Assembly (NCBI RefSeq): GCF_019464535.1
Contig: NZ_CP080507.1
Coordinates: forward strand, 420,001-452,000
DNA: 32,000 bases
Origin: Horticoccus luteus
Lineage (GTDB): Bacteria; Verrucomicrobiota; Verrucomicrobiia; Opitutales; Opitutaceae
Direction: 5' to 3'
A program made the translations under genes and the position numbers. The notes under the pieces were generated by a model. The model made no database searches and was not told where the DNA came from. It saw nothing but the letters and a program-made list of their open reading frames with translations. Shown here in pieces: positions 16,157-24,679 of this stretch. Positions within the stretch are counted from its first letter, which is position 1. The number at the start of each line of letters is the position of its first letter.

Positions 16157-17071
16157 TCAGCAGATGAGGCCGCGTTTGGCGCGGGGCCCGTGGCCGGCGG
16201 GGTTGGCGCCGATCCAGCGAGCATCGGCGGGCTGACTGGCGCGTTGGTAACGCGTGTCGGACGAGAGGCGGATGCGGTGGGTCTGGTTATCGACGCTCCC
16301 GTGAATGGTCGTCATGTTGAACGTGAGTAAATCGCCGGGCTGATATTCGGCGGTGAGCCAGCGGCCGCCGAGGCGTTCGCGGAGGACGACGGGGTTGTTG
16401 GTCAGCCAGCCGGGGTGGCTCCAGCCGCCTTTCTCTTTCACCTTCTCGACTTGGGCGGGATTGTTTTCGCAGTAGAGGTCGACGTCGACGGCGAGGTAGT
16501 TTTTGAGGCGGTCGGATTTGTGGTGCGAACCTTCGAGGAGCATCAGGCCCCCGACTTCCAGCGGGACCTCGCCGTAGGGAATCCAACAGGTGTAGAGTTG
16601 GTGGGTGCCGCGGCTCATGTAGACGAGGTCGCAATGCGGTGGAGTGCCGAGGCCGTGGCTGACGGCGCGAAACCAGATGTGGTCGAAATGCCGCGCGGGT
16701 TCGCCAAAAATGCCGGCGTAAAAATCGAGCAGCTCGGGGCCGAAGACGACGCGCTCGATGGCCGGGTTGTTGAGGGCGAAGTCGCCGCGATAGGTCATCG
16801 GGCGATCGGAGCGGCCGATGGCTTCGCTAACCGGATACGCGGGATCGAGAGCATCTTCGGCGGCCAGGCGCGAAAGGACGGAGGCGCGGGCGGCGAGGAT
16901 CAGCTCACGGTCGAAGAATCCGGGGATGAACAGATAACCGTCGTCGGCGAGGCGTTGGCGGAGAACCTCGGGTTGATCGGGCACGTCGTCGGAGCGGCGC
17001 AGCTCGCCGAACGCTTCGGGCGAGGTATCGAGCTCGAGTTTGCAGGAATGAAGGGGCGCAGAGGTGACCAT
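16157..17071 (-). CDS. Phytanoyl-CoA dioxygenase (PhyH) family Fe(II)/2-oxoglutarate-dependent oxygenase
   Basis: Track ORF 16157..17134 trimmed to the ATG at 17071 (MVTSAPLH...). It has the facial-triad pattern GTPPHCD (HxD) and a distal His in MTTIHGSVDN, followed by an Arg (RLSSDTRY). The N-terminal LADDGYLFIPGFF is typical of PhyH proteins. Confidence 0.75.
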   Translation of the reverse strand: MVTSAPLHSCKLELDTSPEAFGELRRSDDVPDQPEVLRQRLADDGYLFIPGFFDRELILAARASVLSRLAAEDALDPAYPVSEAIGRSDRPMTYRGDFALNNPAIERVVFGPELLDFYAGIFGEPARHFDHIWFRAVSHGLGTPPHCDLVYMSRGTHQLYTCWIPYGEVPLEVGGLMLLEGSHHKSDRLKNYLAVDVDLYCENNPAQVEKVKEKGGWSHPGWLTNNPVVLRERLGGRWLTAEYQPGDLLTFNMTTIHGSVDNQTHRIRLSSDTRYQRASQPADARWIGANPAGHGPRAKRGLIC

Positions 17072-17279
17072 GGCGAAGGGAAAGGGCGGTACGAAGGGGC
17101 GGAGGAACCGTGGCGGAAATTCGCGGGTTGGCAATCGCGTCGAGGGCGAGGAGTGGAAAGAAAGCGCTCGCGCGCGTCGGGCCGAAAGTTAGACGCGAAG
17201 AATGTTATTCGCGCCATTTGCCGGAGAGGGCGTTTGCCGCCGCATTGCGACGCCCGCGCTGGCGGGAGGCACGCCGAAC

Positions 17280-19616
17280 ATGGAGCCGCGCGGACCGCTG
17301 GATGAAGCGGCGTGGTTGTGGCACCGCGACTTGGGAGCGGGTGAACCGGCGCAGGTGTTGTTCAGGCTGGAATTCACGGTGGCGGCGGCGGAGACCGTGC
17401 GGCTGCAGGTGAGCGCCGATCTGTGTTACGCGCTGGCGCTGGATGGCGCGTTGATCGCACGAGGGCCGGACTCGTCGGACGTGGCGCATTGGGCGTGGGC
17501 GACGTATGAGTTGGCGTTGACCGCGGGCGCGCATCGCTTGGAGGCGCTCGTGTGGTGGGGGCGGCCACCGGTCACGCCGGAGGGCCGCGTGGGTTGGCGC
17601 GGAGGATTTGTGTGCGCGGGCCTTGGTGACGCGCGGGAACGGTTTACGACGGGCGTCGGATTGTGGCGGGCGGCGTTGCTCGGAGGGGTGAAATGGCAGA
17701 CGCACGCGTTTCCCGTTTATCACGTGATCGGGCGCGGAGCGGTGATCGATTGGGCGAAGTGCGATGCGGAGGGTGCAGAATGGACCGAGCCGGCGGTGGT
17801 GCGCGGGCCGGTGGAGTTTCACGAATGCGGTATTGCGGCGCGCGGGTGGTCGTTGGAAGCGTCGGCCTTGCCGGAGCAGCGTCATGATTGGTGGGCGGGT
17901 GGTCGCGTGCGGGCGGTGACGGCGAAATGGAGCGGCGGGAAAGCGGTGAGATTTCGACGCGAAAGCGGGGCGGACGAGCCGGGCGCGGCGGGTTGGGCGG
18001 CGTTGGTGAGGGGTGCGGCGCCGTTGACGCTGGCGGCGCGGGCGGAAGCAACGGTGTTGATCGATACGGAGGATTACCTCTGTGGGTTTCCGTTACTTGA
18101 ATACGAAGGCGGTGCGGGCACGGTGGTGCGGTGGGAATGGGCCGAGGGGCTGTTTGAGCGGTTGGAGGGTGCGGTGCCGCCGAAGGGCCAACGTGACGAA
18201 ATCGCGGGGAAGTTTTTCCACGGATTCGGCGAGCGCTGGATGCTGGCTGGAGGCCGGAGGCGTTGGGCGGGCGCGCCGTGGTGGCGGGCGGGGCGGTATA
18301 TCATGTTGAGCGTAAAGGTGGGGGCGGAGCCGGTCGTGCTGCACGCGTGGGGAGTGGAGCGGACGGGGTTTCTGTTGCGCCGAACGATGGCGCTGACGAC
18401 GAGCGACGAAACACTCGGGCCGGTGGTGGCGTTGAGTGAACGCGGGTTGCGGGCGTGCATGCACGACGTGTTCGTGGATTGTCCGTATTACGAGCAGATG
18501 ATGTATGTGGCGGATACGCGCGTGCAGATATTGCTGGCCTATGTGTTTGGCGGGGAGGAGCGCCTGGCGCGGCGCGGAATGGAGCTGTTCGATTTCTCGC
18601 GGGGGCGCGGCGGATGGCCGGCGATGCGCACGCCGTCCGGCGAGCGGCAGGAGAGCGGGACGTTTGCGATGATCTGGCCGTGGATGCTGCATGATTATGC
18701 TCTCTGGCGCGACGATGGGGCGTGGCTGCGGACGCGCTTGCCTGGTTTGCGCGCGTTGATGGAAGGACTCGTCGCGGAGTCGGGGGCCGACGGGTTGCTG
18801 ACGCGGCCGCCTGGCTGGCTGTTCATGGATTGGGTGCCGGAGTGGAAGGCGGGCTGGGCTCCGGGCACGCGAGTGCGGCCTGGCCGGAAATCAGCGTTGG
18901 TCAACCTGCAGTTTTTGCTGACGTTGCAGCGGGCGGCGGAGTTGGAGACGTGGGTGGGCGACGAGTCGATCGCGAGGCGCTGGCGGGAAGGGGGGGCGCG
19001 AACAGCGGCGGCGTTGGCGGCGCGATTTTGGGATGAGGCGCGTGGCGTGTGGGCCGACGACGAATCGCACGAGAGCTTCAGCCAGCATGCACAGGCACTG
19101 GCGGTTATAGCCGGCCTGCGCGTGCCGGAGGTCGGGCGGTGGGCCGACGCGACGGCGAACGGGTTGGCGGCCGCGACGATTTATTTTCAGCATTATTTAT
19201 TCGAAGCGCTGGGCCGCGCCGGACGGGCCGACCTGATTCTGCCGCGGCTGGACTTGTGGCGCGGGCTGGTGAAGCAAGGCTTCAAAACGCCCGTCGAAAG
19301 TCCGGAGCCGGCGCGCTCGGATTGCCATGCGTGGGGCGCGCACCCGGTGTTTCATTTGCAGGCGACGATTGCGGGCGTGCGACCGGTGGAGCCGGGGTTT
19401 CGGCGCGTGCGGATTGCGCCGCAACCAGGAACGTTGACGCAGATCGAAACGGAGCTGCCGCATCCGCGCGGGCTGGTGAAAATGCGCGCCGACTTCGAAG
19501 GCGCGCGGGTGGAGGCGATCATCACGCTCCCGCCGGAAACGACAGGCGTGTTCGCGTGGCGCGGCCAGGAGGTCGAACTCCGCTCCGGCGTGCAGCGCGT
19601 GACGTTGGGCGTGTAG
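17280..19616 (+). CDS. GH78-like (alpha-L-rhamnosidase-related) six-hairpin glycoside hydrolase
   Basis: Track ORF 17202..19616. I prefer the ATG at 17280 (MEPRGPLDEAAWLWH...). An N-terminal beta-sandwich region is followed by the catalytic-domain hallmarks VFVDCPYYEQMMYVADTRVQ, LFMDW and SDCHAWGAHP. The C-terminal beta-sandwich matches the rhamnosidase-like family layout. Substrate not assignable. Confidence 0.7.
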   Translation: MEPRGPLDEAAWLWHRDLGAGEPAQVLFRLEFTVAAAETVRLQVSADLCYALALDGALIARGPDSSDVAHWAWATYELALTAGAHRLEALVWWGRPPVTPEGRVGWRGGFVCAGLGDARERFTTGVGLWRAALLGGVKWQTHAFPVYHVIGRGAVIDWAKCDAEGAEWTEPAVVRGPVEFHECGIAARGWSLEASALPEQRHDWWAGGRVRAVTAKWSGGKAVRFRRESGADEPGAAGWAALVRGAAPLTLAARAEATVLIDTEDYLCGFPLLEYEGGAGTVVRWEWAEGLFERLEGAVPPKGQRDEIAGKFFHGFGERWMLAGGRRRWAGAPWWRAGRYIMLSVKVGAEPVVLHAWGVERTGFLLRRTMALTTSDETLGPVVALSERGLRACMHDVFVDCPYYEQMMYVADTRVQILLAYVFGGEERLARRGMELFDFSRGRGGWPAMRTPSGERQESGTFAMIWPWMLHDYALWRDDGAWLRTRLPGLRALMEGLVAESGADGLLTRPPGWLFMDWVPEWKAGWAPGTRVRPGRKSALVNLQFLLTLQRAAELETWVGDESIARRWREGGARTAAALAARFWDEARGVWADDESHESFSQHAQALAVIAGLRVPEVGRWADATANGLAAATIYFQHYLFEALGRAGRADLILPRLDLWRGLVKQGFKTPVESPEPARSDCHAWGAHPVFHLQATIAGVRPVEPGFRRVRIAPQPGTLTQIETELPHPRGLVKMRADFEGARVEAIITLPPETTGVFAWRGQEVELRSGVQRVTLGV

Positions 19617-19643
19617 CCTTGGAGGTTGCGATGGCGGGCAGGT

Positions 19644-19683
19644 GAAAACGAAAACGGCGCGCCGCACGAGGCGGGGCGCCGTT
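19644..19683 (-). terminator. Rho-independent terminator of mdh
   Basis: On the minus strand, about 65 nt after the mdh stop, there is a GC-rich hairpin. The arms 19655-19665 and 19671-19681 pair at 10 of 11 positions around a 5-nt loop. The hairpin is followed by TTTTCGTTTTC (complement of 19644-19654). Confidence 0.6.
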
Positions 19684-19749
19684 AGGAAGGGAACGCGCGA
19701 ATCGCTGTCGCCGACGTGGACGAGACGACAGGAGGCGGCGCGGGGATGT

Positions 19750-20733
19750 TTAGCTAATCATGTCGGCGACGAAGGCGCGTTCGTCGACCAGCTCTTTGTT
19801 CGTCGCGGCGATTTTCGATTGGGCGAAGGCGTCCATTTCGTAACCGGTGATGACTTCGTAGCTGCCGGGCGTGGTGGTGCGCACGGGCATGCCGGCCCAG
19901 ACATTGGCATCGAATCCGTAACGGCCTTCGCTTTTCACGGCGACCGAGTGCACGGCGCCGGGAGTGACGAGGCTGCGGACGTGGTCGACGAGGGCGTTGG
20001 CGGCGGAGGCGGCGGACGAGGCGCCGCGGGCGGCGATGATGGCGGCGCCGCGTTTGCCGACGATTTCACAGAAGGGGCCTTGGAGCCAGGCGTCGTCCTT
20101 GATGACGGCGGGCGCGCTTTGGCCGTTGATCTTGGCGTGGGCGAACGCGGGAAACATCGTGGGGCTGTGGTTGCCGTAGATGAAGATGTCCTGCACCGCG
20201 GTGAGATCGACGCCGGTTTTTTTGGCGAGCTGGGTCTGCGCGCGGTTTTGATCCAGGCGGACCATCGCGGTGAAGCGTTCGGCGGGCAGGCGTTTGGCCT
20301 GCGAGGCGGCGATCATGCAGTTGGTGTTGGCGGGATTGCCCACGACGGCGACGCGCGCATCGGCGGCGGCGACGGCATCGATGACCTGGCCTTGGGCGAT
20401 GAAGATTTTGCCGTTATCCTTGAGGAGATCGGCGCGCTCCATGCCGGGGCCGCGGGGTTTGGCGCCGATGAGGAGGCACCAGTTGGCATCTTTGAAGCCG
20501 ACGCTGGCGTCGGAGGTTTGCACGATGCCTTTGAGGAGGGGGAACGCGCAGTCATCGAGCTCCATGGCGACGCCTTCGAGGGCTTTGATGGCCTTCTCGA
20601 TCGGGGCTTCGAGGAGTTGGAGGATGACGGGCTGGTCAGGTCCGAACATCGCGCCGGAGGCGATGCGGAAAAGGAGGGAGTAGCCAATTTGGCCGGCGGC
20701 ACCGGTCACTGCGACGCGAAGGGGAGATTTCAT
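19750..20733 (-). CDS. mdh: Malate dehydrogenase (NAD-dependent, cytosolic/Thermus-type)
   Basis: 327 aa: [27 protein letters not shown] (Rossmann fold), [36 protein letters not shown] and [11 protein letters not shown]. All are diagnostic of this MDH class. Confidence 0.93.
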   Translation of the reverse strand: MKSPLRVAVTGAAGQIGYSLLFRIASGAMFGPDQPVILQLLEAPIEKAIKALEGVAMELDDCAFPLLKGIVQTSDASVGFKDANWCLLIGAKPRGPGMERADLLKDNGKIFIAQGQVIDAVAAADARVAVVGNPANTNCMIAASQAKRLPAERFTAMVRLDQNRAQTQLAKKTGVDLTAVQDIFIYGNHSPTMFPAFAHAKINGQSAPAVIKDDAWLQGPFCEIVGKRGAAIIAARGASSAASAANALVDHVRSLVTPGAVHSVAVKSEGRYGFDANVWAGMPVRTTTPGSYEVITGYEMDAFAQSKIAATNKELVDERAFVADMIS

Positions 20734-20868
20734 AAGAGTTTTCGGTTTAGCACAGAAGGCGCAGAGCGCACGGCGGAATTTCGCGGGGCGTGGCGAGTGA
20801 AGACGCGGTGGCGGGCGGAATAGATTCGGTTATGGCGAGTCGCGGCGGCGGGCGGACGACGTGAAGCG

Positions 20869-21924
20869 TCAGGCGAAGCGCGGCGCGAGGGCGGCGTGGA
20901 GTTCGCGGACGAGCGTCTCCGTGGTGGTCCAATCGATGCAGGCATCGGTGATGCTGACGCCGTAGCGAAGTTTTTCGCGGGGCTGGGGAAAGGGCTGATT
21001 GCCGGCGGCGAGGTTGCTCTCGATCATCGCGCCCATGATGGAGGTGTTGCCGGCGGCGATCTGGGCGAGGAGCTCGCGAATGACGTCGGGCTGACGGTCG
21101 GCTTGTTTGGCGGAGTTGTCGTGCGAACAATCGACGAGGATGGATTTGATCAATCCGGCTTTGGCGAGGAGCTGCTCGGTTTGGGCGATGTGCGCGGGAG
21201 AGTAGTTGGGGCCGGCCGAACCGCCGCGGAGGACGACGTGGCAATCGGGGTTGCCGCGGGTGACGATGGCGGAGGCGGAGCCGTCGAGGTTGATGCCTAG
21301 AAACGTGTGCGGTTGGGCGGCGGCTTTAATGGCGTTGATGGCCGTGGTGACGGAGCCATCGGTGCCGTTTTTGAACCCGAGCGGCATGGAAAGGCCGGAG
21401 GCCATTTGGCGATGGGTCTGGGATTCAGCGGTGCGAGCGCCGATCGCGGACCAGCAAATGAGGTCGGCGATGTATTGAGGCGTGATGGGATCGAGGAGCT
21501 CCGTCGCGGTGGGCAGGCCGAGGTCGAGCATCTCGCGGAGGAACGCGCGGGCGGTGCGAAGACCAGTGGCGATATCGTGCGACCCATCGAGGTGGGGGTC
21601 CATCACGAGGCCTTTCCAGCCCACCGTGGTGCGGGGTTTTTCGAAATACACGCGCATGACGATCATGACGCGGTCGGCGACCTCGCGGGAAAGGGCGGCG
21701 AGACGGCGGGCGTAGTCACGGCCGGCTTCGAGGTCGTGGATCGAGCAGGGGCCGACGATGAGAAGGAAGCGGCGGTCGTCCGTGAAGATCACCCGCTGGA
21801 TTTCGCGGCGGACGCGCGTGACGAAGTCGGATTGGGCCTCGGTCTTGGGCAGTTCGCTGAGAAGAGCGGCCGGCGAAGGAAGGGCACGCGTTTCAACGAC
21901 ATTGATGTCGGACGTCTTTTGCAT
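20869..21924 (-). CDS. aroG: 3-deoxy-7-phosphoheptulonate (DAHP) synthase, class I alpha (AroF/G/H family; isozyme and feedback specificity unknown)
   Basis: Track ORF trimmed to the ATG at 21924 (MQKTSDINVVETRALPSP...). Long near-identities to E. coli AroG: IVGPCSIHD, IVMRVYFEKPRTTVGWKGL, DPH, ITPQY, GARTAESQTHR, ASGLS.P.GFKNGTDG, LRGG and SITDACI.W. Confidence 0.92.
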   Translation of the reverse strand: MQKTSDINVVETRALPSPAALLSELPKTEAQSDFVTRVRREIQRVIFTDDRRFLLIVGPCSIHDLEAGRDYARRLAALSREVADRVMIVMRVYFEKPRTTVGWKGLVMDPHLDGSHDIATGLRTARAFLREMLDLGLPTATELLDPITPQYIADLICWSAIGARTAESQTHRQMASGLSMPLGFKNGTDGSVTTAINAIKAAAQPHTFLGINLDGSASAIVTRGNPDCHVVLRGGSAGPNYSPAHIAQTEQLLAKAGLIKSILVDCSHDNSAKQADRQPDVIRELLAQIAAGNTSIMGAMIESNLAAGNQPFPQPREKLRYGVSITDACIDWTTTETLVRELHAALAPRFA

Positions 21925-22037
21925 GAACGGGCCAGCTTGGCGGCGTCGGCGCGAGCGGGGCAAGCCCTGCTTCGGTCATCCGGGCGCGCCGGGGACGATA
22001 ATTTCCGAAAAGGGGGCGAGAAACGCGGACAAAGGGC

Positions 22038-22086
22038 AAAAAAGTGGCCGGCCGCTTACCCCTAAGCGGCCGGCCTTTGCTTTCTT
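22038..22086. terminator. Perfect 13-bp GC-rich hairpin flanked by an A6 run and a T-rich run (bidirectional intrinsic-terminator-like element)
   Basis: GGCCGGCCGCTTA (22046-22058), loop CCCC, then TAAGCGGCCGGCC (22063-22075). It is preceded by AAAAAA (22038-22043) and followed by TTTGCTTTCTT (22076-22086). It lies in the aroG/ygfZ divergent intergenic region, 121 nt upstream of the aroG ATG on the minus strand. Confidence 0.55.
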
Positions 22087-22223
22087 AGTTACCCCAAAAC
22101 TCCCGCTAGGCGGGAGAAGTGAGAAAGTTGATGAGTTGATAAGTATTGAGTGGTGGGGCATCGTCAATACGAAGTTATCAAAATCTATCACTTCATTTTT
22201 TAATAATTTAAGACAAAGCACTT

Positions 22224-23126
22224 ATGGCACTCAATTTTTCCGCTTCCCGGGCCGTGTTTTGGTGGCAACCGCGTGCGTGGCTGCGCGCAGAAGGGGAGGA
22301 TGCTGCCAGTTTTTTGCAGGGACAGTTTACCAACGACCTGCGAAACAGCGATGAGCGGGGCGTTTACGGACTCTGGCTGAATCAGAAAGGGAAGGTCGTG
22401 GCAGACAGTTTTGTCCTGCGCGGGGCTGAAAGGGGCGCCTGGGGGATCGGCAGTTATTTTTCGGCCGGCGAGACGATTAGGGAAAGGCTTGAGGCCTATG
22501 TCATTGCCGATGACGTAACGTTGATCGACGAAACATCGGGATGGCGCGGAGTGACGTTGGGCGGACGCACGGAGGAATGGGGCGAGGTTTCAGAGCGGCT
22601 CCGTGGCGCGGGCGCATGGGCGTTGCGTGCCCGGCGCGGCGCGGGGGAGTGGAGCGAATGGGCGTTTCCCGCGGGGATGCAGGCGGACGTGGAGGCGTGG
22701 TGCGCGGACGCGGAGGTGTTAACGGAGCAACAGATGGAACGACTGCGGATCGAAGCGGGGATTCCGGCGATACCGCGGGATGTGGGTGCGACCGATCTGC
22801 CGAACGAGGCGGGTTTGGAGAAGGTCGCGATTTCTTATACGAAAGGGTGCTACTTGGGGCAGGAAGTGATGGCGCGGTTGAAGGCGATGGGGCAGGTGCG
22901 GCGGAGAGTGCGGCGCGTGCACGGCGATGGACCGGTGCCGGTCGCACCGACGCCGTTGTGGCAGGGCGAGCGGGCGGTCGGGGAACTGCGATCGGTGGCT
23001 GCGACGGAGAGCGGATTCGTGGGACTGGGGATGTGCGCGTTGCTCCATTTGCGCGAGGGCGAACCGGTGCAGATCGGTGGAGCGGGCGGAGCGAACGCGA
23101 TGGTCGACGGGGACGCGGCGGAGTGA
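22224..23126 (+). CDS. ygfZ: Folate-binding Fe-S cluster/tRNA-modification accessory protein YgfZ (CAF17 family)
   Basis: 300 aa. It has the N-terminal GcvT-like segment (LRAEGEDAASFLQGQFTNDL) and the family-diagnostic motif KGCYLGQE (ISYTKGCYLGQEVMARL). Confidence 0.85.
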   Translation: MALNFSASRAVFWWQPRAWLRAEGEDAASFLQGQFTNDLRNSDERGVYGLWLNQKGKVVADSFVLRGAERGAWGIGSYFSAGETIRERLEAYVIADDVTLIDETSGWRGVTLGGRTEEWGEVSERLRGAGAWALRARRGAGEWSEWAFPAGMQADVEAWCADAEVLTEQQMERLRIEAGIPAIPRDVGATDLPNEAGLEKVAISYTKGCYLGQEVMARLKAMGQVRRRVRRVHGDGPVPVAPTPLWQGERAVGELRSVAATESGFVGLGMCALLHLREGEPVQIGGAGGANAMVDGDAAE

Positions 23127-23201
23127 ATCGGCCGCGTGGCGTGAGATAGGTTTGACCCGATGGCGGCGGGGTTGCTTCGCTGCGGTGCTTTTCCGCGTGC
23201 C

Positions 23202-23477
23202 ATGAACAAAGCCGAACTTATCCACGAGGTCCAAAAGCGCATGGGGGCGGAAACGTCCCGGGCGTCGGCGGAGCGGGCGGTGGAAGCGGTCTTGGGCGCC
23301 GTGGCGAGCGGAATCAAGCAGGACAAGCAGGTGCAGATCGTGGGATTCGGGGCGTTTGCCGTGACGCGGCGCGCGGCGCGGCGCGGTTTCAATCCGCACA
23401 CGAAAAAGCCGATGACGATCAAGGCGATGAAGACCGTGCGATTCAAGCCGGGCACGGAGTTGAAAGCGGCCTTGTAA
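23202..23477 (+). CDS. hup: Nucleoid-associated DNA-binding protein HU
   Basis: Track ORF trimmed to the ATG at 23202: MNKAELIHEVQKRMG...VQIVGFGAFAVTRRAARRGFNPHTKKPMTIKAMKTVRFKPGTELKAAL. This is the canonical HU/IHF fold signature (GFG.F....R.AR.GRNP.T). Confidence 0.92.
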   Translation: MNKAELIHEVQKRMGAETSRASAERAVEAVLGAVASGIKQDKQVQIVGFGAFAVTRRAARRGFNPHTKKPMTIKAMKTVRFKPGTELKAAL

Positions 23478-23505
23478 CGCATCCACGCGGCGCGCGACGT
23501 ATTTC

Positions 23506-24654
23506 ATGCAGCAAACGCTTTCGGCAGAATTTCAAAAACGGTTTGGCCGCGCTCCGGTGGCGGTCACGCGGGCGCCGGGGCGCATCGAATTCATCGGCAA
23601 TCATACCGATTACAACGGAGGCACGGTGCTGGGCGCGGCGATCGATCGCGCGGTGTGGGTGGCGATTGCGCCGCGGGGGGACGGGCGGCGGCGGTTCGTG
23701 AGCGCGGATCGTGAGGACGCGGTGGACTTGGGGGTGGCGGAACTGAGCCGGCAGGTGGGCGGAAAAAGTTGGGCGAATTATCCGCTGGGTGTGCTGACGG
23801 CGCTGGAGGCGTTGGGGCGGCAGGTGCCGGCGGGGTTTGATTATCTGGCGATGACGGATGTGCCCTCCGGCGCGGGTTTGAGCAGCAGCGCGGCGATCGA
23901 ATTGGCGTCGGCACTGGCGTTTTTCGAGCTGACGGGAGAGCAGCCGGACCGCGAGACGGTCGTGAAAATCGGGCGGCATGCGGAGAATCATTTCGTGGGC
24001 GTGCCGTGTGGGATTCTCGACCAAGGCGTGTCGGGTTTCGGGCGCGCCGAGCATTTGGTGTTCATCGATTGCCGCGGGCCGTCGTTCGACACGGTGCCAC
24101 TGCCGGGCGGCGTGCAGTTTTGGATTTTCAACACGCACACGAAGCACGCGCTGGTGGACGGGCTTTATGCGGCGCGTCACGCGGAGTGCATGGCGGCGGC
24201 GAAGGTGCTGGGCGTGGCGTTGCTCGCGGATGCGACGCCGGAGCAGGTGGAGGCGCACCGGGCGGCGCTCGGCGAGACGTCTTACAAGCGCGCGAAGCAT
24301 GTGGTGGAGGAGATCGCGCGCGTGACGGGTTGCGTGGCGGCGTTGGAAAAACGCGACCTCGGGCGCGTGGGCGAATTGCTGACGGCGTCGCATCGCAGCT
24401 CGCAGCGGCTGTTCGAGAACAGCACCGCGGAACTGGATTTTCTCGTGGATACGCTGATTGCGGAAAACGGCGTGCAGGGCGCACGGCTCACGGGCGGTGG
24501 TTTCGGGGGCGCGGTGATGGCGATGACGAGCGGGGCGTTTGACGCGAGGGCGGCGGAGCGGGTGCGCGCGGCGTATGCGCGGAAGTTTCATGTCGAGCCC
24601 GAGGTGCTGGCGTGCCGCACGGCGGACGGCGCGAAAACAATGTGGCGCGCATGA
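23506..24654 (+). CDS. galK: GHMP sugar-1-kinase, galactokinase-like (divergent N-terminal sugar-binding signature)
   Basis: 382 aa that aligns by eye along the full length of E. coli GalK. It has APGRIEFIGNHTDYNGG, the GHMP motif PSGAGLSSSAAIELA, ENHFVGVPCGILDQ and the C-terminal TGGGFGG. The signature differs from canonical GRxN[LIV]IG[DE]HxDY at three positions. Confidence 0.8.
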   Translation: MQQTLSAEFQKRFGRAPVAVTRAPGRIEFIGNHTDYNGGTVLGAAIDRAVWVAIAPRGDGRRRFVSADREDAVDLGVAELSRQVGGKSWANYPLGVLTALEALGRQVPAGFDYLAMTDVPSGAGLSSSAAIELASALAFFELTGEQPDRETVVKIGRHAENHFVGVPCGILDQGVSGFGRAEHLVFIDCRGPSFDTVPLPGGVQFWIFNTHTKHALVDGLYAARHAECMAAAKVLGVALLADATPEQVEAHRAALGETSYKRAKHVVEEIARVTGCVAALEKRDLGRVGELLTASHRSSQRLFENSTAELDFLVDTLIAENGVQGARLTGGGFGGAVMAMTSGAFDARAAERVRAAYARKFHVEPEVLACRTADGAKTMWRA

Positions 24655-24679
24655 GGCGCGCGACGCAGCCTCGCAGGCA

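Noticed and set aside
19642-20823. 393-aa plus-strand ORF
   Set aside because: It is antisense to mdh. It is Gly/Ala/Asp-rich with no fold signature, whereas mdh is unambiguous.
21976-22221. 81-aa minus-strand ORF in the aroG/ygfZ intergenic region, and the idea of a Phe/Tyr/Trp-rich leader peptide for aroG attenuation
   Set aside because: The ORF reads straight through the terminator hairpin and has no run of aromatic codons. The only other short ORF is ATG-AAG-TGA. There is no support for classical leader-peptide attenuation. The hairpin is reported as a leader or sRNA candidate instead.
23443-24591. 382-aa minus-strand ORF
   Set aside because: It is antisense to the galK-like gene and Arg-rich shadow.
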